64,000 nt of DNA. It comes from Octopus bimaculoides. Taxonomy: Eukaryota. The notes under the pieces are model-generated. The model was not told where the DNA came from. It searched no databases and saw nothing but the letters and a program-made list of their open reading frames with translations. Positions 38,810 to 52,099 of this stretch are shown piece after piece (the first letter of the stretch is position 1; every line of letters begins with the position of its first letter). Location: assembly GCF_001194135.2 (NCBI RefSeq), contig NC_068987.1, positions 102,011,092 through 102,075,091 on the forward strand, given 5' to 3'. Both the position numbers and the translations under genes were made by a program.

Positions 38810-41089
38810 TCCTTTTTCTTCTTTTTATTCTCCTCCTCCGCCTTATTCTTCTTCTTCTCCTCCTCCGTCTTCTTCTTTTTCTTCTTTAAATCATTGTTTC
38901 ACCTTCGCCACATTTGTTTATCCGTCGTCCTTGTCATCATCATAATCATCGTCAACTTCGTTTCTTCCTCCTCATCGTCATCATCATACTCATCCTCCAT
39001 TTTCCCGTCCTCCGCCTTCTTATCTCCCCTTTCCTCCCACTTCTTTCCTCCCGCTCCTCCTCTTCAAAGACTTTCTTTTCAAACACTCTCTTTTCAGACC
39101 GCTGTTCTACACGTCTATCCACAGAGATCCGTCGTTAAGAAATTCGCTTCGGATTTACATGAGTTCAGATTCTATCAGACAACATGGTACTTTCATTAAG
39201 AATATTCTGCCTGACTGTCAAGTCAACTAGAACGTTGTTAAGTGGACTTTCAAACAGGTCCAAAGGCCACTGAATCAATTACTCATTCAATCAATTAGTT
39301 AATCAATCAAAGAGTATACACACACACATGTATANNNNNNNNNNNNNNNNNNNNNNNNNNNNNNNNNNNNNNNNNNNNNNNNNNNNNNNNNNNNNNNNNN
39401 NNNNNNNNNNNNNATATATATATATATACACATATGTATATATGTAAATAAGTATATGTATGTGTATATATAAGTGTGTGTGTATGTATGTATATGTATA
39501 TAGTCAATTCAAAGAACAGACAATTAAAAAGCAGAGAAGAAAAATAATTTAAAAAAAAGAAAACGAACGTGAGGACGTGCACAAGCAGTATATTAATTTC
39601 ACACTCGGTGAAAAGAGAGAGTTGTTAATGTTTCGAGTATAGCTCTTTGTCGGGAGGAGGAAAGTCCACAAAGAAAGAATGAAAAATAAGGGAAAATCAG
39701 GAAAAATAACCAACAATCCACGTTCTGTTACATTTCTGAAGTGACTTGAAGTTGAAGGAGGCAGAAGATTGTGAAGATGGTCAATATATGTGTGTGTGTA
39801 TTCGTGTGTGGTCGTGTGTTTGTGTGCGTGTATGTTTATGTGTGAGTGTAGTAGCACGTGTGTGTGTGTGTGTTTGTGTGTATGGCTGCATTTGAGCGTG
39901 TGGTAGCAACAGTGTGTATGTGTGTGTTGGCGTTGATGTGTATGTCGCAATGAGAGGTCAATCATAAGTCAGCAGCTGTAGTGAAAGGTGTGTGAATGGG
40001 TGGGTGTGGCTGTGTGTGTTGGCATGTGTTCGTAGACGGAGTGTGCGTGTGTGCGTGCGTCTCTGTGCATATCTCACACACACACACACACACACACACG
40101 CACTCTAACTCTCTCTATATATATATGTGTGTGTGTGTGCGTGTGTGTTTATGTGTGTACCTATGTGCGTGTGTGTATGTGTGTACGACTATGCGCGTTC
40201 AAGTGTGTGTGGGAGTCTATGTACGTGAGTGTGTATGAGTGCATTTGTGTGTGCATTGTGCGTGCGTTGTGTGTGGAGGTACATGTACGTTTGTGTGCAT
40301 GTGCGTGTGTATGTGCATGTGTGTACGCGTGTGTGTGTGTGCGTTCGTGAGAGGGAGAGTGGGAGTGCAGCCAAGGGTGTGGGTATAATGTGTGCGTGCA
40401 CATGAGAGTATCTGCAGGCGTGCGTCTCTGTGTGTATGTGAGGTGTGGAGGTGTGTGTCTGTGTATGTGTGTGCGCGCAATGGGGAGGTAAAGTGTATGT
40501 GTACGAGTGTGCGTGCGCATGGGCGGGCGTAGATGTTCGTGGTGTATGTGGTGTGTGGTAGGGTGTGCGTGTGGTAAATGATAGCGTGTGAGGAGCGGGA
40601 ACAAATGGGACTATGTACGTAGGTGTTGTTGTTAGTGTGTACGTGTTTGTGGGTGCGCGTATGGATATATCTGGATGCGTGAGCGTGTGTATATGTATAT
40701 GTATGTATGAGTGTGTGTGGGAACCTCTATATAGGTGTGTATTTATATGGGCGTATGAGTGTGTGCAGGCCTGTATGTGGGTGGGTATGATGTCCGTGAT
40801 GTGTATGCGTTTTGAGTGTGCATGGAGGTGTTTGGGGGGGGGTATATATGAGTCTGAGTGCGAGCGTATGAATGTGTGTGTATGTGTAAGTGTGCGAGTA
40901 TGTGAAAAAGAAATTTAAAATTAAATTAAACATAAGTTAGAAATAGAAACATGAGAAAACAAAGGAATATAAAAATAAAATAATAAAGAATAAAAATAAA
41001 AAATATCAAAAATAGATGAAAAAGATTATGGGAATAAATCAGTAAAAAAGAAGATAAATAAAAAAATAAACAAATGAACAAAATAAAAT

Positions 41090-41704
41090 AAAATATTTAT
41101 TTGAAAAGATGTGTGGGGAAAGCCACTTAAAGGAAGGGGCTGTGTTGAGTTCGAAGGGAATTCGAGAGTGAAAATTTAATGCTGTTGCAGGCAGAGTCTG
41201 GCTTTGGTGGATCGAATGTGTAGAGTAAGACGGAAGATGGTGAGGTCTGAGGGGGAGTGGCCGAGAGTCTTCTTGCGTAGACGAACGTCTCGTAGATGTT
41301 CGGTGAACCGGTCGGCAAAGACTGCACTTAATATGGTAAAGAAGGTTTGAAGAAGTGCAGGAGGAGTTCATAACGTAGAGGGTGTGCTGGTTAGACCCAG
41401 TGAAGGAGGTGGCATTGGCGATGAAACAATAGGTGTGGTAAGGGAGTCTGGAGTAGGAGAAGGGTCCGGGTCGGGTGGTAAAAGAGGAAAGAAGAGTGCT
41501 ACGATCCAGTAGATCGTGTAGTTTACAGGTGCGTTTGAAGGTGGGCAACGGTGAGTTAGGCGATGTGGGAAGGGTGGTGGGATCTAACCGGAGTCGACGG
41601 GAGACCTGCAGGGAATATTGACGAAGGGGTAGGGTGGAGGGGTGGAAAAAGGAGAAAGGGATCTGGTTGGAGGTTTGATGTGGGAAATGGGAGAGGGCCG
41701 TAGT
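41090..41704 (-). mobile_element. Penelope-like element, linker + GIY-YIG endonuclease remnant
   Basis: FKRTCKLHDLLDRS, PGPF, TYCFI, SCTSSNLLYHIKCSLC, then after a frameshift FADRFTEHLRD...GHSPSDLTI...IFTL; 5' part lost in a gap. Confidence 0.85.
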
Positions 41705-42351
41705 NNNNNNNNNNNNNNNNNNNNNNNNNNNNNNNNNNNNNNNNNNNNNNNNNNNNNNNNNNNNNNNNNNNNNNNNNNNNNNNNNNNNNNNNNNNNNNNN
41801 NNNNNNNNNNNNNNNNNNNNNNNNNNNNNNNNNNNNNNNNNNNNNNNNNNNNNNNNNNNNNNNNNNNNNNNNNNNNNNNNNNNNNNNNNNNNNNNNNNNN
41901 NNNNNNNNNNNNNNNNNNNNNNNNNNNNNNNNNNNNNNNNNNNNNNNNNNNNNNNNNNNNNNNNNNNNNNNNNNNNNNNNNNNNNNNNNNNNNNNNNNNN
42001 NNNNNNNNNNNNNNNNNNNNNNNNNNNNNNNNNNNNNNNNNNNNNNNNNNNNNNNNNNNNNNNNNNNNNNNNNNNNNNNNNNNNNNNNNNNNNNNNNNNN
42101 NNNNNNNNNNNNNNNNNNNNNNNNNNNNNNNNNNNNNNNNNNNNNNNNNNNNNNNNNNNNNNNNNNNNNNNNNNNNNNNNNNNNNNNNNNNNNNNNNNNN
42201 NNNNNNNNNNNNNNNNNNNNNNNNNNNNNNNNNNNNNNNNNNNNNNNNNNNNNNNNNNNNNNNNNNNNNNNNNNNNNNNNNNNNNNNNNNNNNNNNNNNN
42301 NNNNNNNNNNNNNNNNNNNNNNNNNNNNNNNNNNNTATATGTTTATATATG

Positions 42352-42385
<34 letters not shown>

Positions 42386-42433
42386 TACATATACATACAT
42401 ATATACATGCATACATACATACATATATACATG

Positions 42434-42465
<32 letters not shown>

Positions 42466-43519
42466 CATACATACATGCATATATAGATACATGCATATAT
42501 AGATACATACAAATACACATATATACAAACGTACATGCGCTCACTGGAGATTGTAGAATGATAGTCAGGCAAATACATACTTAGTGTTATTTGCGGGAAT
42601 TTCTTTCCGATTAAAAAATAGGCGATGTTGAATCTGTCTTTGATCCGTGTCTAATGCAATAATAGTAAGCAAGGATTAAGTATTCGACTAATAGATGCAA
42701 AATGTTCACTACATGAGGCTTGAAAATATGTTGGACATATATGTTATAATTCCTTTATCTTAAAAGGCAATCTTTGCAACCAACTTAACATAGACCTCTT
42801 GAAACAACTCCGAACACTGCGTTATTAGCCTTGAGAGATCTTCTTTAGTAAGTGTATGGTTCAAAAAAGCACACACGTAGATGTACTAAGCACATATAAA
42901 GGAGAATCGCTCAGGGTTAATCGCGCAATATTCGATGTTCTTCCAAGGGATATATGTTAAGTTGAATATAAAGTTTACCTTTTACTATTAATACTACATC
43001 CGTCGCTAATTATTAACTTTATATTAAGACATAATAAATATTGATGACACAGAGAAAATGATGAAAAAGGAAATAGAGGAAGATAATGTGTTAGACGACG
43101 TCGACGGCGATGGTGAAGACAATGATGATTTTTAAGGAAAGATGAGTCTTCTCGTTGATTCATTTTATTGCCTGAAGTTCAGAAATATGTGCTATTGAAT
43201 TTGATCGATAATCTAAACCTTATTAGAAGCTGATGACTTATGACCAGGAAAGATGGAATCATCTACTCAGTATTTTAATTTAAAACAATATATGGTATCA
43301 GCAATACTAAACGGAGTACACATGTCATTAAGCGTGAGACTGTTGAGAACATCTACTTCTGAATTATTTTCAGTGCGCATAATTACCTGCCTACCTACCT
43401 ACCTACCTACCTACCTACCTACCTACTTACTTACCTACCTATGATCCCGCCTATCAACCAATCTACATACATACCTATGCACATTCACATGCGCGCGCAC
43501 ACACACATATACGCGCACG

Positions 43520-43562
<43 letters not shown>

Positions 43563-44084
43563 GCACACACGACTTTTACTTTTGGCTAGGTGAATATAAG
43601 CAAGAAAATAAACATCACTCGGATATCATCTGAAAATATTTTTCAAGAAGTAGTTGAATCTTAGACTTTTTACCAGACACAGTGGAAGTTTCCACGTTTT
43701 CGCTGAGCTTGCTGGAAATTGCAACGGATAACCCCGAATGAAATGAAAGAGACGGACTAGATTATATTCTTAGAGATACACTGTGTTTAAAAGTCAAAAG
43801 ACAGGATGGTTATGGCTGGACTATATTTGATCATGGCAGGATCAGGACAAAAGTTAAGGAAGAAAAATAGCAATGTGATAATTGCTACGCCGATGGTTGA
43901 AATAAGAACAACAACAATAAGAAAAAAAACACAAGAATGAAAGGAGCAACAACAAATTCAATGGAAGTATATCAGCAAAAATTTCTGTTCGTTTTCACAA
44001 GATAATACATAAACTAAAGATATATGGTGATATTTGTGATAATTACAACGGAAATTATAGTGATACGTAAAGGGGTAGGTAGTA

Positions 44085-44300
44085 GGTAGGTAGGTAGGTA
44101 GGTAGGTAGGTAGGTAGGTAGGTAGGTAGGTAGGTAGGTATGTAGGTAGGTAGGTATGTAGATAAGTTGGTAGGTAGGTAGGTAAGTTGGTAGGTATGTA
44201 TGTATGTATGTATGTATGTACGTATGTATGTAAGTAGGTAGGTAGGCAGGTAGATAGGTAGGTAGGTAGGTAGGTAGGTAGGTAGGTAGGTAGGTAAGTT
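44085..44300. repeat. (TAGG)n/(TATG)n compound microsatellite
   Basis: Direct read. Confidence 0.95.
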
Positions 44301-44318
44301 GGTAGGAGGTTGGTTGGT

Positions 44319-44390
44319 TAGTTAGTTAATTAGTGTTTTCGCTAGTTAGTTAATTAGTGTTTTCGCTAGTTAGTTAATCAGTGTTTTCGC
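44319..44390. repeat. 24-bp tandem repeat x3 (TAGTTAGTTAATTAGTGTTTTCGC)
   Basis: Three units, one mismatch. Confidence 0.9.
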
Positions 44391-44714
44391 TAGTTAGTTT
44401 ATCAACTAGTTAACTAGGCAGTTAGCAGGCTGGGTCATTTCTTCGGTAGCAAGTTATTTGGCTTTTAGCATATTTTTTATGCAATTAGATGCTGTATTTG
44501 AATTGTAAGAATCTTTATGTCAATTCATGTTTCAAACACATTTTGTTGTGTCTGGGAGAGTTATTAGGCCAGTATTAATAACACACACACGCACACACAC
44601 ACACACACACAGACACACACACACACACAAGAAAACACAGACGTAAGCACAATAAAAGACAGACACACAGATATATATGCAAGCAAATAATCACACACGC
44701 GCGTACGCACACAC

Positions 44715-44751
<37 letters not shown>

Positions 44752-45656
44752 ACATCCATATACAGTACATGTACAAGAAACAAGGTCTTAAACAAAGAAA
44801 CGCAGACCAGTAACAGACTAAAAGAAAGACGACACAGAAAAGATTGCAAATGGCAACGAAAGGACTTGAAAAACAAAAGCAAAAAAAACAACCGACTGTT
44901 TAACCAACAGGTGAAAAGAACGATCGATTAATTAGCTGGATAGATATTTAATTGATTAACTAATAATTAACGAGTGTAATTGAGCCAGTGCGTGTGTTAT
45001 TAATATTGGCGTAACAACTCTTTCTAGACAAAACAAATTATATTTAGTTAGTTATATATTTAGCTTATTTATTGTAGACGTTTCGACGCTCGTCAATTTG
45101 CTAGTTAGCTTGTTCGTTCGATTGCTCCCGCATTCGATCTTTCGCTTGCTGGCATGCTTTTTCGTTCGTTCGTTCGGTGGTCGTCCGGTCGGTTGGTTAG
45201 TTAATTATATCGTTCATGCGATCATTCGTTCGTTAGGTAGGTAGGTAACTAGTGCGTTATACGAGACACATGTGGGTTAGTAAGGAAGGTGTTGTTTAAG
45301 AAATTAAGCAGAAAGACAGATAATTGTGAAATACAATAGTGAAACATAATATGAGAGTAATTAAATTTCGAGTGGAAAAGAGAGAAACGAAGAACTGGCA
45401 TCTCAAATTTTTAATTATCTAGACAATCTGTTTATTAAACATAGATATTAATGGATGGTTGTCAAACGTATTGTTTAAATTGAGTCTTGATATCCTATCA
45501 CGTCATTGCGCTTTTTGTTTATATACGTGAATATTACTGGGCGACGAGAATCGAGAGAGAATTCAGTAAGGCAGGCAATAATAGATACACACAAACATGC
45601 AAGCATACACGTACAATACGTACGTTGTGTGTGCCTATATATGTGTGAGTGTGTGC

Positions 45657-45689
<33 letters not shown>

Positions 45690-46598
45690 NNNNNNNNNNT
45701 ATATATACATATACATGCATATATACACACATATATTTATATGAATATATATGTATATAATATATATACACATATTTATATGCATATATATATATATATA
45801 TATCTTTACTACTACGTATCTCGCTTTACCCCTCTCGTTCTTCCTCTGTTACTTCTACGTATCTCTTTTTTCCCCCTCGTACTTCCTCTCTTTCTCATTT
45901 TCCTCTCGTAGCTCACCTATTCTTCTACTTTCTCCCTTTGTTTCTCCCTCTACCACTCTCTCTCTTCCCCTTACACCGGCATGGTCACATGCTTCCGGTC
46001 AATAATCCTTTTCTTCCTTGGCTATCGCCGAGCAAACACGCGTAACTACTTCGTCCCTTTCAAGTTCGTGCCTCACAGCGTTCATACACAAATAATTTTT
46101 CTCGTCTGGCCGTAAAGCCTTTTCTGTTTGTTTTCCTGTCTTGTTTTTTGTCCGCCACTACATTCCTCCATGGCAAGATTTAATTTGTGTATACAAATTT
46201 AATTTGCGGTCCATGGGAAGAGCCGTTTTAACGACGCGTCCTGCGCAGCTCTTCGAAACGCCGGTGTTAAAACGGGGGTAGCTGANNNNNNNNNNNNNNN
46301 NNNNNNNNNNNNNNNNNNNNNNNNNNNNNNNNNNNNNNNNNNNNNNNNNNNNNNNNNNNNNNNNNNNNNNNNNNNNNNNNNNNNNNNNNNNNNNNNNNNN
46401 NNNNNNNNNNNNNNNNNNNNNNNNNNNNNNNNNNNNNNNNNNNNNNNNNNNNNNNNNNNNNNNNNNNNNNNNNNNNNNNNNNNNNNNNNNNNNNNNNNNN
46501 NNNNNNNNNNNNNNNNNNNNNNNNNNNNNNNNNNNNNNNNNNNNNNNNNNNNNNNNTATATATATATATGTACAGACAGATAGATACATAAATGCATA

Positions 46599-46629
<31 letters not shown>

Positions 46630-46839
46630 ACCGGCATATACATATGTATATATCGACGTGCCTGTGTTTAAGAGGCTGTTTGTGCAAGTGTGAATTTTTG
46701 TTCCTTAACTTCGCTCGTTCAATCTCATAAAAGTGCACGCTACTCTAAATCCCACTTATATTACATGTCTAATTAAAGAGGGCCGCGTGTCATATTGTGG
46801 ACATCGCCATGACTTTTATGTAACAGCAACAACAAACAA

Positions 46840-46976
46840 TAACGATGATGGTGACTACAACGACGATAATGATGATGGATACAATGATGATGATGAGGAG
46901 GAGAAGCCGGAAGTAGGGGAGGTGGAGGAGGATGAGGATTACTGCGGCGACGGCACGAAGACGACGTCGATGAAGG

Positions 46977-47023
<47 letters not shown>

Positions 47024-47072
47024 GTGATGGTGATGGTGATGGTGATGATGATGATGATGTTGGTGGTGATGG

Positions 47073-47113
<41 letters not shown>

Positions 47114-47262
47114 GTGATGGTGATGATGATGATGATGATGGTGATGTTGGTGGTGATGGTGATGATGATGATGATGATGGTGATGTTGGTGGTGATGGTG
47201 ATGATGATGATGATGGTGATGATGATCATGATGATGATCATGATGATGATGATGATGATGGC
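46840..47262. repeat. (GAT)n/(GGT) degenerate trinucleotide array
   Basis: Direct read; source of the poly-M ORF. Confidence 0.95.
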
Positions 47263-47509
47263 GATTCCCTGAATTTACGAATGGAAGTTGGATATGCGGA
47301 GTAAGAACAAGGTCAGTTGAAATCCCGTGTCAATCTTTTCTTTAAAATACGAGAAGCGAAGAAAGGAAAGAGAAGGCGAGATATGATTAAAAGTGGACAT
47401 ATAAAACGTACGTGAACACATAGATGATGCTGTCCTCCTGATAGGAGAGAGAGGCTCCGATAATTCAAGGAACTCTGCAAATCCAGAACGAATCTGTCCA
47501 CCAGTTATT

Positions 47510-47735
47510 TTATTATTCTTTTATCCTTTCACTTGTTTCAGTTATTTGATTGCGGTCATGCTGCAGCAGCGCCTTGAAGGGTTTTAGTCAGGGCAATTGA
47601 GCACAGGAGTTATTTCTTGAGCCTAGCCCTTATTCAATCGGTCTTTTACCGAAATGCTACGTTACGAGGATGCAAACACAACACTGGTTGTCAGGTGGTG
47701 ATGGGGGCGGGAGCAGAAACTCAAACCCAAGGACA
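47510..47735 (-). mobile_element. SINE family B 3' half, diverged
   Basis: CTTGTTTCAGTTATTTGATTGCGGTCATGCTGCAGCAGCGCC...; adjoins (CA)n. Confidence 0.7.
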
Positions 47736-47934
47736 CACACACACATAGATACATTGATACTCACACACACACACATACACACACACACAGATACATACGC
47801 ACACACACACACACACACAAACACATACACACACACATTTATATATATATATATATATATATATAAATGTGTGTGTGTATGTGTTTGTGTGTGTGTGTGT
47901 GTGTTTGTGTGTGTCTGTGTGTGTNNNNNNNNNN

Positions 47935-48018
<84 letters not shown>

Positions 48019-49400
48019 TACATGACGGGTTTGTTTTAGCTACGATCTATTCTCCCAGTTACCTTCAATTTCAGAAAATGTCTCGAAGATATGTCCCCTA
48101 TTTCTTCCAGTGGAACTGAAGGGTTTGGTGGAGGGTTTGGTCAAAGAGAAATGCGTCTCGTCTCAGTCATTTCAGACTTGTTTCTCATAAGAACACTTGC
48201 GATCAGAGGAGAAGTACTTGCTTATCATTATCAATGGAAGGTGGTGAGGCGATACTCTTGATGGAATCAGCTGAGAGCCTGATCAGTTATAAATGTAGCC
48301 ACAGCTTTTACGCAAAATATTATAAGTCAACAATGCTCGGACACGGCGACTGCTTGCAATAAGGTGTTGTCGCTCTCTTACCATGAAGCATTGCCTTCCT
48401 CGCAGTAGTTACCTAGGATTTCTGGAGTCGGTCCATAATCTCTTAGTTTAAATTTTTTAACAACATGCAGTCGACACCATACGTTTTCTCAAAAATGTGT
48501 TGCTTAGCAATATATTTCTACAGAGGTTTAGTGGTGAGCAAGAGCTATTCATTAATCGACGTATAGAGGACATTTGCGTTTGATATCATTTTTGATACGA
48601 TTTCGTTGAAACCAAGACTGCAGTGTCATCAAATAGACGTTTAGCATAATTATGCATCCGAGACTCTGTATAATATCCTTTTACATTCCTCCACTTCAAC
48701 GCAGTCACTTCTTGGTTCGTACATTCAGGTTTTGCCTGATGTCATTTCTGATAAACCACTGCAAGAAGATAGATGAATAATTCTGGTATGCTACAATGTT
48801 TATAGAGAAAATCATCTAGTAGTGGTAAAATATCTGATGCTCAGTTGGACCTCTTGCCCGCTATTAGAGAAGCTGAAATCATATTTTCGACAAAGTCTGC
48901 CTACAACAGCATATTTTTGCAATAGATCATTCGACTTTCTCCATATCAAGAGAAGAATAGTTAGGTATTATTATCATAAAATCTATAAATTAGTTTCAAC
49001 ATTCCTCTACGATTAACAATTCATTAAGTTTGACTTTACAGATTAACCAATTTATATCTGTATTTATCTAATCGAACATTTACATGTTATTATCTTATTC
49101 TGATTAGACTACTATAGAAGTTAACCTGTGTATTGTTAACATACGGTGAACGCAGAAACATATTAATGAAATAAGTTGATAATCTACTTTACAATGATTA
49201 ATTCAGTTAACAGAAATAGACCATGGCAAACTGCATAATACTATCTGATGAGTGAATATTATTAGGATTCTGATTCGACCACCTTTTCACAGTGAAGCAA
49301 CAAGAATTGATATGTGTGGGCTTGAGTACGGAGTGACGGAGAGATATGTTAAGAATCTCAGATTCATTGAAACTTAAATGTCTCAATGAGAGAGAGATTC

Positions 49401-49530
49401 TTAACTGACTGGAAATTCTGTTGTTAACTAGCTAGAAGCTCCATTGTTAACTCAATGGAAGCTCTGTTGTCAAATAACTAGAAGTTTTGTTCTTAACTGA
49501 CTGGAATTTCTATTCTTCACTGAGTGGGAA
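49401..49530. repeat. 23-bp degenerate tandem repeat, 5-6 units (TTAACTGACTGGAAATTCTGTTG-like)
   Basis: Units start at 49401, 49424, 49447, 49470, 49493 and 49516. Confidence 0.8.
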
Positions 49531-50896
49531 TGTAAAAAATGAACTACAGCAAATAGTCTGCGCACTACTGCAGATTGGCTTGCCAGTTACCTGACCGTAA
49601 CAGTTGAGCAGGTCCCTTATTGGCTGACAATACATGCATTTCTGATTACGAGTAGTGGAGTAAAAATCCATAGTGATGTTGGTGGTGATGAGGAAGAGGT
49701 GGATTTCTATAATTTGAAACAGGGCATAAGATGAGGGTTACATTATGAAGGTAGTTTATAATTTGTGTGGAGGCTCGCATAAAAGTTGCTGAGAAAGGTG
49801 GAGGAGAGGAAAATGAGATAAACAAAATATGCGAACATAACTATGATGCAGTCCTCCTGATACAAAAGAACATGAGACTACGGCGAGTCTAGGAAATCCA
49901 GAGATCCAGGATCACCTTGATCACCAGGGGTACATTACAGAGCTTCGCCCATGTGTTGTTCTCTAATATACATATGCATGCTTAGAGTACATCCATTCAT
50001 CTTAACCAGTTTCGTCACAGTCATTCAATCTTTTACAAGTTCACTGGAAGAGAGAAAGAGAGAGAGAGAGAGAGAGAGGGAGGGAGANNNNNNNNNNNNN
50101 NNNNNNNNNNNNNNNNNNNNNNNNNNNNNNNNNNNNNNNNNNNNNNNNNNNNNNNNNNNNNNNNNNNNNNNNNNNNNNNNNNNNNNNNNNNGAGAGAGAG
50201 AGAGAGAGCGCGCGAGAGAGAGAGAGCAGTCACTTTTCCATCGTTACTTTCCTTTCCAAGAGGGTCTCAAAATGTCGATAAGGGCTTGATCGAAGCGGAA
50301 GGACTTTCTTGATGATTTTATTGTTGCTGTTGTTGTTGTTATAATATTACGAGGAGAAGTAAGACAATAGAAAGGCTGCGGATTGAACAACGCTGTTCAA
50401 CGATACGATAAGGCAAGAAAGCACATCTATATTTCATAGGTCAAAAGATTGCTACGAACTGACAGCGTGTTGAAAAATTTTCACATTGCGAGATGGATTC
50501 AGAAACACCAAATAAGGATATTACTATAAATCTGATTGAAATTAGTTGGCCAAACGATGAGTATAAATATAAATTTTGTTGTATGTATAAGTGTATATAA
50601 CTATAACGACACACACACNNNNNNNNNNNNNNNNNNNNNNNNNNNNNNNNNNNNNNNNNNNNNNNNNNNNNNNNNNNNNNNNNNNNNNNNNNNNNNNNNN
50701 NNNNNNNNNNNNNNNNNNNNNNNNNNNNNNNNNNNNNNNNNNNNNNNNNNNNNNNNNNNNNNNNNNNNNNNNNNNNNNNNNNNNNNNNNNNNNNNNNNNN
50801 NNNNNNNNNNNNNNNNNNNNNNNNNNNNNNNNNNNNNNNNNNNNNNNNNNNNNNNNNNNNNNNNNNNNNNNNNNNNNNNNNNNNNNNNNNNNNNNN

Positions 50897-50937
<41 letters not shown>

Positions 50938-52099
50938 GTATGTATGTTTGTATGTGTATACACACATAATTCATTCGTTTGGGAACTTGACAAAAATTCT
51001 ATTGATATCATACCTACCGCTATCGAACGGAAGTGTGAGGAAAGCTAAATTAAAAATTTGGCAATCAATTCAATTCTTGATAAATTACTATTTTCTTTTC
51101 TATATATGTATGTATGTATGTATTTGATTTTATTGAAATCTAACTTTCAATAATTTTGTTTTTACTAGTCATCTCTTTATTATTGATTGGCAAAAGCAAG
51201 TACCCTCTCCTGATTTATCTCCTCCATTTCACCTTACTTTTCCGTTTTCTTGTTAAATTGTGATCAAAATTCGTTGATAGACACAACGTGACACGATAAC
51301 CCAGATAAAATATATTGCTATTGTTGAAAGTAAAATCGATACAAAAAAAAAAAGCTAACAATCCATGTTAGCTTTTCTCTTTCTAGAACCGCATGAATGC
51401 GTGATACTTCGATACCCATACAATTTAACAATATTTTGGAAATATTTCTGAAAATTAGTGTATATTTTAATTATTTTGGCGTATGTCTTCCAGAACCTTT
51501 CAAGGAAACATCATCGGCTAACATTTTAACGGTGGTTATCGTTATTCAGTCCCCTTTTTTTACTAATATGCGTAGCTATGATTGAAAGCTTTCCAATTAG
51601 GGACGTAATGCATTTTTTTCTTTTGGGAGTTTCGCTAAAAATATCTGAAATTTCTCTGTCATTCTTAAGATGATAGCATATAACTTCAACGAGGCTTGAC
51701 TTCTATTTCTCCCACGTCAAACAAACATTTCATTGCCTTCTCTTCATCCTTACTTCCCTTCCTCTTTTCACTTCACTGTCTCGCTGTCATTGTTTTCTTG
51801 ATCGTCTTTATTTCTCCTGTCCCTCTGCTTCTATTTCTCTCTATTCTCTCCCCACGTGACCGGTGTTCGGCCAAGCCTGACTTTTGTTTCTTGGCTTGGC
51901 CGTGGTCAGTGCAACATCTATATTCTTCCCTGTGCCTGTGAAATCTTGTATCCCGGTATTATTTCCACACACGCCATATTAATTTGACTCGCCCTTCGTC
52001 GAAATACACCTGTTGTTATGTCCTGATATTTGTATTTTTGTAACTTTTTCCGTTTTTCCGTCGAGTATAACCATCCGAAATTGCAAAGGTAATCTAGAA

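Noticed and set aside
39098-39186. Candidate exon with a good acceptor
   Set aside because: Weak donor (GTACTT), no homology, and the polypyrimidine tract is part of a low-complexity region.
45070-45098. Hammerhead-like TTGACGAGCGTCGAAACGTC on the minus strand
   Set aside because: C3 is missing, stem II is 1 bp, and no stem I pairing exists.
46210-46270. Hammerhead at GAAGAGC...GCTCTTC-GAAAC
   Set aside because: The core reads TCCATGG, the cleavage triplet would be GUG, and there is no stem I.
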